From positions 62,001-126,000 of the forward strand of contig NOWV01000146.1 in the NCBI GenBank assembly GCA_003344405.1: a stretch of 64,000 nucleotides of DNA. The letters run 5' to 3'. The notes under the pieces are model-generated. The model was not told the DNA's origin. It made no database searches and saw only the letters and a list, made by a program, of their open reading frames with translations. Position numbers and translations under genes: made by a program. Shown in pieces: positions 1 through 11,829 of this stretch. Position 1 is the stretch's first letter, and every line of letters starts with the position of its first letter. The stretch comes from Trichoplax sp. H2. Its lineage: Eukaryota.

Positions 1-1215
1 GAGAGAATAAATAATATGTGTCATTGATAGCATAAAAATGAAGATTCTATCTTCTCAGAAAAAAATAATTAGTTTATTACTGTTATTAATTATCTGTATG
101 TTACAGTGTTATAACACTGCAGAGATTAGAGTAGAATTATCTATGATAAGGCAATTTTATTAACTTGCCCTTATTTAGTCACTTTCTAATTTAGATATAT
201 TGTCTTATAATATAATACAGGCTTTTGTATGATAGCGGTATACGACCGAAAACTATATATATATAACAATAACATATATACTGAAATTAATAGCTATATA
301 AGGGATTCGAGAATAATCTATCCGTAGGTTGAATCACTGTGATTATACCTAATTGTCACAAACAGCTCGCGATGGAGATACCTTGGATCACTAAAACTCC
401 TTAAAAGATAAAACTATAACAGCTAAATATGTCTACAACAACAGACTAGGAGTAGGCTAGGTTTAGGTTTAATAGAATTTATTTAATTTAGAAGTCTTGA
501 CATCCAAGGCTACTTCATCTACACACGCATACTACGCGCTAATTATCAAATGATCAGTTAATGAGGGCACCGGGCTTCATATACCCTCTCTCGGCTGCAC
601 AGCTTACTGTAGATAAATAATTCTAAAACTAATATAGATTTGCATGGCAGACTGTCTACGGAGTCTGTACTCCGTCATACTAACTTATGGTAGAATGTAA
701 ATGAGCTTGAAAGTATTCCGTGTACGAACATATTGCAATCTGATTATCTTGCATTAGTCACTAGATGTCTATGCTCATAAATACTGTCGCCTTCATCAGC
801 TAGCAGTAGATAAAATTAATCTCTGATTCATTTCAAGGCTTCAAAGTTAAATGTACTAACTAGCACGCATGAATTATTACAAGAAAAAGTATAAATATGG
901 TATACTGTGTCATAAAGCGAGTTCTTCAAAATTTGGTTTTCACTTCAAATTCAAGGCGCCTAAGTTTTGGTATTGCTTCCTAATAGAGAAAATGTGTTCC
1001 TTATAGCGTAGAAATTGTTCATGATGCATGATGCAGGGGCTCAACTTATTGATCGGAAGTTACTTTAACATGTTGCAAACCTATGTTATAACACTGCAAT
1101 ATAAGTGTAATGAATACTGTGCTTGGATAGCATGTTCATGACTTATGAAATAAATGGTAAAAATAAAATTTATTGCATTAATGGCTAGTAACGCAAATTA
1201 TAAAATATAGAGCAG

Positions 1216-3590
1216 TTAAAATTGTTTTCGTAAAGGTAAAGTGTATTTTAATGGATTAGTCGCAATATTGGAGTACAGAATGTAACAGGACTTCTCACAC
1301 AGGATTTTTCGCCAATATCTGCGTTAATAAAGTACAGTAACAAATAAATATAATATATCAATAAGTATAAACTATTCAAACCTATGAAATTGGCCTAGTT
1401 ATACAAAACACCAATACCTAGCTAATTAATATGGCAAACAGACTTGGCTATAGACTGTATTCTGAAATATCACATAATGATATTCCTGTGAGATTGTAAG
1501 AAGTCTGCTTCTTATTTCTTTAAAACCGCCAATAATAATCGCAAAAGATTCGGATAGTAAAACAGAGTGTATGACACGTTTTTGTAAACAAAGTTTTCAA
1601 TACGAGTACTGCAGATTAAATAAATAATGAAAGATGAAGATATCGATATTGGAAGATGGTGGTTCATATTTGAGAAAATAATTGTAATAAACTAATGATC
1701 ACAAGAATAATGAGGAGCAGGGAAGGATCGACAGCACCATCCTTAAATACATATAGGAAACTAACTCTTACTAATCAAGATTTTCACTTAGTGAAGAAAA
1801 TAATACTTCTAGCTTGTATGTATATGGTATCTCCAGATACTTATGCTAAGAAGTTTCGTACAGTAGATAACTCAAAGAGAAGAAAACAGCCATACCTCGA
1901 ATAGGGCTGCTGATAAATGTACACCTGTACAGTATACATCATTTCATTAAACCAGCCATCATCTAGAATGACTTCATTAATAAGCACAGCCACTATTTTC
2001 TTGCCACATAGTGCTATAATACATATTTTCAAGTTCACTATTACCACATATTACTACATATTGTTATTAAATGTGGTTTATGGTAGTTCACAAAAATGGA
2101 CAATGTCTGTTTGTTCAACACCTTACCTAACCACTCTTGTACACATACGAGTATATCTATATATCTTGCTAAATGCAGTCTCATACCTAATCTTTAACAT
2201 TAACGTTAACACTGGAAAGTAATTTCTTCATTTACTTTTCTATTTACTTGTATTAAGTATTGATATGGGGAAATATTTTAGTAACGAAGCAAGGAAAACA
2301 AAACATGAAATATAATATCATGCTTCTAGATTAAAAATGATACCTTACTGATATATGCAGTACGTACAAATAGACTTATCCCAGGAGCTACTAAAGAAGA
2401 AACATTGTACCACTGCTTATACAGTACAGATATTTCGAAAGTGCTAAGATAAGTGTAGTACATACAGTATGACATAGAATAGCGACGTTAGGATCATAGG
2501 GAAGAATCACAATGGTTAGGACTTCCAAGTGTTAGGAAGGCTTACTGTAGATTCTGCAAACACTCTACGGTATCATCCACCGTCGAGGGTATAAAAGCCG
2601 AGAGTTTTTAAAGGAAGGAAAGTTGGGATTATATCACTATTAATTAATTAACGAACAAATGCTTTACAAGCATCAGCTTCAATAATTGCCTTATCAAGAT
2701 TTCAATATTTAGATACTATTAGTTTTCGAGTAAATTCGATTTACGAGTATGGACATCTAAAATTTATAGCACAAATTTGAAGGAGGATATAAGTTAATAT
2801 TTTAAAAAACTATTGTAAAAATTAAACCACTACTAAGGAACTAATTAACCTGCGCTTTTCATTGTAAGACAAAGCAAACAACAATATTTAAACAAATACA
2901 TGGTTACTGCTTTATAAAATAATAATATTAATGGTTTTTTTTTCCGATAACTCAGCAATTAACTAGCTTAGAGAGATCACTATAGCTAAACGAAAATTAG
3001 AATCACTCAAAATTAAAGCAGTAAACTTAGGGCCTATTGGTTTATTAGCTAATTAGCTATTCCAACGTCTAGTTCCTAGAAAAAAGCTCAGCCATATCTA
3101 TAGGTTGTTAACTAACTATTGTGACTGTTGTAGAGTATTAATTAATTAATGTACATTATAAAATTGCTCTGTTTTTAAGGCTTTCTTCTTATTGACAAAT
3201 TAGCCATATAGTGATTCAGACCTCAATTGTTAAGTCTAATTCAAGTTATCCGCAATACTTGGTGAATTCAGAAATTAAAATTAAAATCTCTAAACTAGTC
3301 CTAAACCGACTCTTTAACCCTTTTTTAAATTAGTTACGACTTATTAAATTGTGTTGTACTAGCGATAAAAGGAGGGAAATTAATTAAAACCCATTAAACA
3401 TCCTGAACAGTATCAGGTAGGTAACTTAAAAGGAGATAAACCATTGCATGGATATAACTGGTAATAATCTTTAGTTGCTAGTTCCAACATACACTCGAAT
3501 TGAAATTGCTAAACATTAGTGTTTTCATGACAATCCATAAATTGAAAAGGTAAGAAGTACCAGCACCGCTGATATCATAATTAAATGCAT
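1216..3590 (-). pseudogene. Decayed, apparently intron-poor LRR-ectodomain class A GPCR (LGR/RXFP-like) pseudogene
   Basis: Minus-strand fragments in the expected order, broken by stops and frameshifts. Signal peptide MHLIMISAVLVLLTFSIYGLS (ATG 3590). LRR-like pieces LSYLPDTVQDV (~3420), TSLEILIL (~3290), IIEADACKAFVR (~2670). TM3-like GCFLLFELSTVRNFLA*VSGD (~1830-1890), TM6-like SLFAILIS*VLVFCITRPIS (~1390-1445), TM7 CYILYSNIATNPLKYTL with NPxxY (~1240-1287). The ~2.4 kb span fits a ~790-aa receptor. Confidence 0.55.
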
Positions 3591-4305
3591 TTTACCGTAT
3601 TTGCTTCTCAGTTGAAGACCGTGCTTACTTATTTTCTTTGCAATTCTGTAACTAAATTAAAAATCTAAAATTATCTGTTGATAAAGTTCATCTTTAGCTA
3701 TTGGCAACTACTTCTGCGCCTCTGTCATTATCTCGAAGTCTTGCATCTATAAATAGATGTGCAATAAGATTTTCATTTTAACGGCATCATTCATATTCAG
3801 TTTTTATCGAATTAAGCAGTTGAGGTAAAAGTAAAGTAAGGCATTTAGGAGTTACTCCTTATGTCATGATACAATTATTGGAAAGATGAAAGCCTTGGAC
3901 GTTACCCGGAAACTGTATACCACTTCATAATGATTATATTGGCTTGATGTTAAGTTAATTAGATGAATAATTAGATATGTGACGTGAATGCAATCCTATT
4001 TCTATAATCGATTATAATTATACGGATATGAGTGTCTTTCACCCCGAGGTTGCAACACCAAAATTAGCAAGATTTTTTCCTTTAAAGTAGTCTTACCTAT
4101 CTAAACCACTATCTCCAGGCACTCTTTCTTTAATCTACCCAAACCTAGGATCGAGTCTTAGACGATAATGACGTTAAGAATGAAAACCTTATTGTAAAAA
4201 CTGTTTTACTCAATGTCCGGCTGAACTTACAGTATAACCTACAATTTACAACCAACCGTGATCGACTAACTTTATCAACTGCGAGGCGTTCTACGTACAA
4301 TATAG

Positions 4306-4680
4306 CCGCATCAATTTGCCTGGTGCAAAGCACTAATAAATTAATAGCCAAGTCTACATATTTGGTATAGTAAGAATCACAATGTACTTTTCTATGACAT
4401 TGGATATTTGTTGATGAATAGCTAGGTGTATACCGCACCAATTTGCCTGGTGCAAGGCAATACTAAATTAATAGCCAAGTCTACTTAGTATAGTAAGAAT
4501 CACAATATACTTTTCTATGACATTGGATATTTGTTGATGAATAGCTAGGTATATACCGCACCAATTTGCCTGGTACAAAGCAATAATAAATAAATTAATA
4601 GCCAAGTCTACTTACTTAGTATAGTAAGAATCACAATGTACTTTTCTATGACATTGGATATTTGTTGATGAATAGCTAGT
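4306..4680. repeat. Tandem repeat, 3 copies of a ~125-bp unit
   Basis: Unit ccgca(t/c)caatttgcctggtgcaaagc...gacattggatatttgttgatgaatagctag starts at 4306, 4433 and 4556 with small indels. Confidence 0.95.
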
Positions 4681-4904
4681 GTTAACATACGATTTATCAC
4701 TTATCCAAACTCTAATATGGATGAGACAATAATTCATTCATTCATGTCGTAGTGTCTGCAATACAAGCGTAAGCGAGCTATTACGCTGGAAAGCAATGCG
4801 CTTATACTGCAATACATCATGGTCTACACGATGGAGTCGAGAAGCCTTATGGCCAGATTTATGTTTGGCTATAGTTCTCTTTCAGTGGCTAAGTTAGAAT
4901 TGAA

Positions 4905-5357
4905 TCAAGCTTATCCTACTCTAAATCCCGACTTCAAGTGCAATTGAAAGCAACCCAGTTCCATGGCTGATCGAGCTTATCCTACTCTAAATCCCAACTT
5001 CAAGTGCACTTTAAAGCAACCCAATTCTATGGCTGATCGAGCTTATCCTACTCTAAATCTCGACTTCAAGTGCAATTGAAAGCAACCCAATTCTATGGCT
5101 GATCGAGCTTATCCTACTCTAAATCCCGACTTCAAGTGCGCTTTAAAGCAACCCAGTTCTATGGCTGATCGAGCTTATCCTACTCTAAATCCCGACTTCA
5201 AGTGCAATTGAAAGCAACCCAGTTCTATGGCTGATCGAGCTTATCCTACTCTAAATCCCAACTTCAAGTGCGCTTTAAAGCAACCCAGTTCCATGGCCGA
5301 TCGAGCTTATCCTACTCTAAATCCCAACTTCAAGCGCAATTGAAAGCAATCCAATTC
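4905..5357. repeat. 66-bp minisatellite, ~7 copies, with an alternating two-unit (132-bp) structure
   Basis: Unit tcgagcttatcctactctaaatccc...gcaacccagttc(c/t)atggctga starts at 4905, 4971, 5037, 5103, 5169, 5235, 5301. Odd units carry caattgaaag and even units c(a/g)ctttaaag. Confidence 0.97.
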
Positions 5358-5415
5358 GATAGCTGTTCGTCGCTCGTTGAACACGTGATTCGTACCTCAA
5401 TGGCCGATGCTCTGC

Positions 5416-5527
5416 TACAGTGTACAGTACGGTACAATTCATACTGTATGAATAGACTGTACCTTACAGTGTACAGTACGCTTGTACAGTACAGCACAAG
5501 ATGTACTGTACAAATAGATTGTACTGT
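5416..5527. promoter_or_regulatory. CAGTA/TACTG pentamer patch just upstream of the permease ATG
   Basis: Dense gtacagtac/tactgtac words ending ~50 bp before ATG 5580. The same words occur at other 5' ends in the window. Function is inferred. Confidence 0.55.
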
Positions 5528-5579
5528 CTTGGTTGAAGCGAGTGTACGTCACTTGTCGTCAAGCAAAATCGGATCCAGA

Positions 5580-8500
5580 ATGGCGTCGTCGCTGGATGAC
5601 TTCCAGGACGATTTGGATTTTCAATCCAACCATGACGATTATGGACACTCTTCTAAATTATCCAGAGCCTTGCTTTATCTACAAATCTGTAAGCTAACGT
5701 AAACCACTTCTTGTTAGGCTAATTCATTCTACCTCAAATTGTATAGCAAAGTACAGTAGTGCCATCGACAGCTGTTACTCGACTTTGAATACCTGATGCT
5801 AATGGCCCAAGTCCATCATGACTGTGTGCAATATTCTCTTCATGAATGATATTAATGAATATTCAAAAATCACTTGTTTTACGTCTATCGGTAATATTGC
5901 TTGCATACGTAGTGATATTCGTTATTAAAAAGGATTAAATGAATCCAAGTTGTTTTCATCTAAAATCGACATATACAGTACTGTATACCGCTACTCCCAC
6001 TAGGATGATTCGCAATAATAATGATAATAATAAACGAGTAATACGTATTACTTTGCTACCATATTGATCGCTTGCAGACTACCAACTAATTCAATTTCAG
6101 TCACGCTGATCATTCTGATAATTTTATTCCGTTGATACACGGATAAATAGAAAGATAGGGGAATAGTGGTTGTCAATGTTGGATCGATCAAGGTCATTCT
6201 TGCTTTATTTTGCATACCCGTACGATCTTTTGTGATGGATGTCTTACTTCTGTTTTAGATTTTGTTACTATTGCTACAATCCTTGGAACTGGAATTTTAG
6301 GTATGGATAATTATCAATCAGTATATGAAATGTTATTAGGCAACTCCATATCGTCTCTATTATACAGTATATTAGAATACTGTTTTGCTAAGAGTGAAAA
6401 TTTCACTGAAATAATTTTACCCAATATGCTAACGCAAATAGTTCAATTCATATGTCTGCTTATAATCATCATTGAATTAGAATGGTATATATAGAATCAA
6501 CCCATACGTACGAGTAGAATAGATTATCGTAGGAAATATGAAAATCGCGATTCAATGTTTAACTACAGTCATCCAGGAATTGTCGTAACATCAAATCCAT
6601 TATATTGTTGATGTTGTTTCTACGATGATATGATAGACTGTAATGCACACATGGATAATAATGAATTATTAGACGAGAGTTGTCATCAAAACTGAATCGT
6701 TTACTCCTAATATAAAACTCCATCTCTAAACTGGATTCTAATGTATCATGGTAGGTTTACCGGTAACATTGTCGCGTTCTGGGATGGGTCCATTTACTGT
6801 TGTTTTTATATTTGGTTTCTTTATGCAAGTATGTATGAGAATCAATCAATCAATAATTCACATTGTTTCATGTTCAATAATCCTTCCTGTGTTATGCAGT
6901 GTTTTCATGCCGTAGCGCGAACGTCAATGAGTAATATCGACAATTGAACTTTCATTCCAGGTCTTATTAATTTACTTTTTTACAATCCTGTTGCAAAAAG
7001 CATTTGCAATTAAAAATTTATATGGCGGCATCAATGATAAGGTAAGCTTGATTGTTATCGTAATGTGTAACTTAGTATTGGTTTTTAATCCTAGAAGAAA
7101 AAAATTCTCCATGACTCAATATCGCCATGTTCATTCTGTTATTGTAAATATCACTTTATGCCATCATCAAAATGTTCTTTACGAGCTCATCTGTTGCAAT
7201 CTTATCTGTAGCTTGTTTCCACAACGAATAGCTGACAAGATAGGATAGGATTAATTGTGATTAAGTATAATGGAGTGTTATCAATGGTCACGATCAATAG
7301 TGCCAACCTGAATGCATAATTGTACTACATTTCATTCCAAGGATCCTGATGTTTTACTGTCGTACTTCTATAATGTTTTTAATAGTCACGGTAGGAACTG
7401 ATGACTTGAGATTTTACAAGCAATCCCGAAATAGTGATCATAATAGAATCACTACGTTTCTTGATTCGTAACACTCTTCTAACCTTACCGTCTTCAGTAT
7501 GCGTAGTATCGACGTCCTAATCAGCTTCGTTTAAAATTCCTAGATAAGACAAGTTTAATGGCATCGGTCGGACATCCTAATGACCTATATTTAAATTTTC
7601 TTATTATAATTAATTATGGATGAGATTCTTTATTAACTTCTTTACATTCATTCAGTACAATGTTGCCCCTGACTTGGAAATACTGTATTAATGATGTTGT
7701 CTCGAAGAAATGAGTTAACTTCGTATTCGGAAATGCATCTGTTCTATTCGCTATTGAACAGCATCATTGCAGAAAATAGAATAAAATCAATGTCAACTTG
7801 CCTGCATGTATAAAATTAGTGTAAAATGTTGGAAATCATGAGCTAGTTGTAGTCAACGTTATAAATTTGGCTAATGCTTGACCGTCTTACGTATGAAGTA
7901 AAAGTACGGTGGTTATCAGTACCATTTAAAAAACATTATGAAATGTGGATAATGTCGTACAGTAGTGACATGTTTTATGTGCCTAAATTTTTTTTCGCTT
8001 CAATATTTAATAAATTGAGATAAGCTTAAATAATCATAACAGCTATACTAGTAAAAACTGTAAGTGTTAGCATTGAATAATGTTTGTGTAAGTACTCATT
8101 ATTGTACTTTTATACGCATTTTAGCAATGAATCGAATGCTACAGTATTATTACTTATTTTGAAATGTTTACTGACTCAGTTACGTATATATGAGTATATA
8201 CTTTTCATTTGACAAATCAGAACTGAGTGATGAAATGCATATATTTAGGATCTTGATAATGAAAGTTTGCCGCTACATCCAGTTCCGATCGCGTCGCAAG
8301 ATAATGAGGAAGAAAACGGTTAGGAAGATTTCATAGTTATCTTGAGTAATTACAAGGTAATAGAAACTGGTGATAAGTAAGTAACAGTTATTTCTTTGTT
8401 TATTAATGATGTTTACAGAAGATTTTGTTACTGGTAAAGTTATACAACCTCTGGATTTGAGTGAAAGAACTTACCCTGATTTACACATGATGGGCGAACT

Positions 8501-10972
8501 ATTTTTACCTTGTTTTGCGCGACAGTTGTTTGACCTATGTACAGTCTTGCTTTTGTAAGTAATTATTAACTCAGAATGCTGTAGCCGATATCTCACTTAT
8601 TAAATTCTGCCATTAAAATAATAAGTCGCTTGTTTCAAATCGAGTAGACTAATAATATGCCGTACAGTATTATGCACGTATAAAGTATACTTGTATATCT
8701 TTCTATTTATAACGTTTATGCATACGATATTTAATTATATGTTTTCTGGTAAATCTTCCTATAAAGTGTATCATTGCTCATTAGCTATGCATTGGCTGGT
8801 AGTGAAGCATATGCAGAAATTATTGGCGTTAGGTAAGTTTTGCTATCCTCAAATTAAGTGGCGAAAGTGATTAAGTTTTAGTTATAGCAAATCGACACTA
8901 AAAATGTAATATGATTTCTTTTGGTTATAGGCATGTCTTTGTTATTCCTTTTTTTTGTTGGATTTGCACTTTATTAATTATTTTCGCCCAAAAAATCATT
9001 CAACCCATGGTTTCTATTCTTACGTTAGCTAAAGGTGGCCTACTTATTGGAACGGTAAGTGTCTGAAGTAGAACTCGGACATATGCATCCCTATGTATCA
9101 GTTTCTTTGGACGTCTACGCTTACTCTGATTGATGGATATTTTACAAGTTATATTGAACATGATCTTTGTTATTCTATGATTTCTTTAAAAGGTCTTTGT
9201 TACATTCTACGTTGGTACACAAGTTAATCAAGATAGCCATACTAAATGGAAATACATAGGGTCTCCATTTCTGATGGGTACAGTTGCCGTAGGTAAGAAA
9301 TGCTGTATTACTGATCAAGCTGTATTTGGGAAAAACGATTAAAAATAGTCAATGTTTTTCAGGTGGTATAATAAATGTCATGCCAATGATGTTTAGTAAA
9401 ATAGAACATAATAGGAGTCAGGTATTGCATGTTATGTAAATGAACATTTTTACTCCTCAACGGTTAGGACGGTTACATATTTATTTACCTTTACCATCAT
9501 AATCAGGTCAAAGGATTTTTAAATTCTATCCTGCTTGGCTTATTAACATGTGTAATACTAAATATTGCTTGGTAAGAATTTATTTGTGTAACTGTATTTT
9601 ACTAAGATCACAGGTTATGAGCAATTCAATAATTTAGCGTTGCTAACGTTTTCAGGTGTTATTCCATTTTATCAATTGTGCCACAGAGATGCACTGACAT
9701 ACAGGGTGGCGATTTAATATTCAATGACACTAATGGTATTATCCATTGTAATGTCTCATTAGCGTGGTATGTTTCTTCTTCGATTATAACGATATGAGAT
9801 CAGTAACATTTTATTTGTAAGTTTTTCATCTAAAACATAATCTATCATTAATAAGGTCCAAGCGTAATGGTGAAATCTCAACTATCCCTTTGACAAGAGT
9901 ATGGAGATATTAATTTATACAAAAAAATTACGGGAATTCATTTATAATAATTCTATTGCTGCAGAATTTGTTTTCGTAACTGTAGTTAAATGAGACGTAA
10001 TAGCATGCTAAATTTTGTTCTAACAAAATCTATTACTCTAACTGTACTGTACTCTTTTAGATCATAAGAAGTGATTATATATCATACGATTGGGTTGCTT
10101 GGCTGGTCGAATTCTTTATTATGATTAGTATTACTGTTTCATTTTTAACAATAGGATCGGCTTATAGACATATGCGTAAGTTATATAACTGATTACCGCG
10201 GATTATCCATCTTCTCACGATATTATTAGCGCAAACTAAATGTGTATAATTATTTTGTTGTCTAGTTGAAGGAGTACTCAATTCGTTCACGGTCTCAACA
10301 AAGAGTTCGTTTTCTTTTAGAATTAATCAAGGTTACGGTCAACTTGTCAACCGTAAATGGTTAGTTAAGCACGGTTACTTACGTTCTAGACATATTTTAG
10401 TTTATATTCAATGGCTTGACTCTGTATAGTAAACAGTATGTCATTAAGCATCAAATCGACAATCGATGCTATTTCTAGAAGTATCTAATTTGATCGTTTG
10501 CTTATTACGATAGCACCATCGAATTGTCTGTATACTTCTTAGCTTTTGGTATCATCTTCGCCATTGCTATGATGGACCCTAGGGTGAGAATACTTGCTAT
10601 TCAGCTAAAATTCACTTAAAAGTTGGGATTTCTTTAATCATGTTTTTAAATAGGGATTCGTAACGATTCTCGACAAAGCAGCCTCGTTACTAATGAATTT
10701 GCAAGCTGGCCTTTTCATTACATTCATGATTCATAGAGCTCAGACTGGAGGTTACAAGTAAGTTGATATAGTATTTTATCATTATTCGGACAATACTTTC
10801 TCAACAAGGTTTTAATTTAATTTATTCTTTCTTCTTGTACTGATTCAGAAATTTACCCATTCCTGTCAAAATGAATGGCTATTTGTATTATTGTAGTTAC
10901 ATTATGACATTTTATTTTATATTTGCCGTCGTTTATGACGTCGTCATAACAGCAGTTCATGCTCTGAAATGA
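5580..10972 (+). CDS. Multi-pass amino-acid transporter (APC superfamily; Aa_trans / Trp-Tyr permease-like), ~16 exons
   Basis: Exons 5580-5688, 6259-6300, 6755-~6828, 6961-7041 ... 10849-10972 (TGA 10970-10972) splice in frame with GT-AG. The protein has YFVTIATILGTGILGLPVTLSRSG (TM1 signature), VSLLISYALAGSEAYAEI, GEISTIPLT, ISITVSFLTIGSA and many hydrophobic segments. Confidence 0.85.
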
Positions 10973-11829
10973 ACTGTATGCAGATTTACTTTTAATTGTA
11001 TAAATCAAGTACCGTACTAATTTTTGTAATTAAAATCATAGAAAATTCACGAATGATATTATAATTTTCCACTTAGAGAACACTGCATGCCTACTTTACC
11101 TTCGTGAATTTTAACTATCTATTATTTTGAATCATAAAAGAACTTCTACTACACGTAATAGAGCACATAGTCTTATATATAATATTTATAAATGCACTAA
11201 AAATTAATTACTTCATACGAGTAAGCAAGAACTGTTAGTTTTCTGCTAGAAATTTAAATACGAAAAGATTAATATATTTAATTGCGCAGAAAAAGTTGCA
11301 TTAATTATCAATCTGCTATCAATTTATACGGGTATTAGACATAGATTCTGATCGTGAAGGATTAATATATTGTATCTGAAGTACATATCTTATACAGTAC
11401 ATTAATTACCATAATGCAGATAAATTAGTTACGTCTCTATGTGAGCTATGCCTGTATGCAAATTATTTTGATTTTGATCCATTATTTTCTCGACAGCGCT
11501 TTGAATTAAAGACATCTGATATTTTATTTTGCCACACGATGCGTTCATGTTAAATAAGCACAGCTTGGTTTATTTGCCGTTTCTTTCATTACTATGTAAA
11601 TACATACAGTATATATATAGATATGGAGCTATATTTATATTTATATATAAATAATTCACTTTAATACGGACATATAGCTTCTTTATTTCTCGCCAACTCA
11701 ACTTAAAAATTAAAAAATCTCAATAAAAAAGTTGGCATCACATTGAAAAATTATTTGCGTGAATAATTAATAGATACTGATATGTAAATACACACATCCA
11801 TGAATGTTGTCTTCCTCCATATTTTCCAA

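Noticed and set aside
4905-5357. CRISPR array or UGA-recoded (selenoprotein-like) repeat protein
   Set aside because: Units are contiguous with no unique spacers and there are no cas genes. The context is eukaryotic. No ATG-led frame or SECIS is evident, and the other frames also contain stops.
5268-5579. N-terminal extension of the permease ORF
   Set aside because: It starts at GTG inside the minisatellite and runs through the low-complexity promoter patch. ATG 5580 is the more plausible start.
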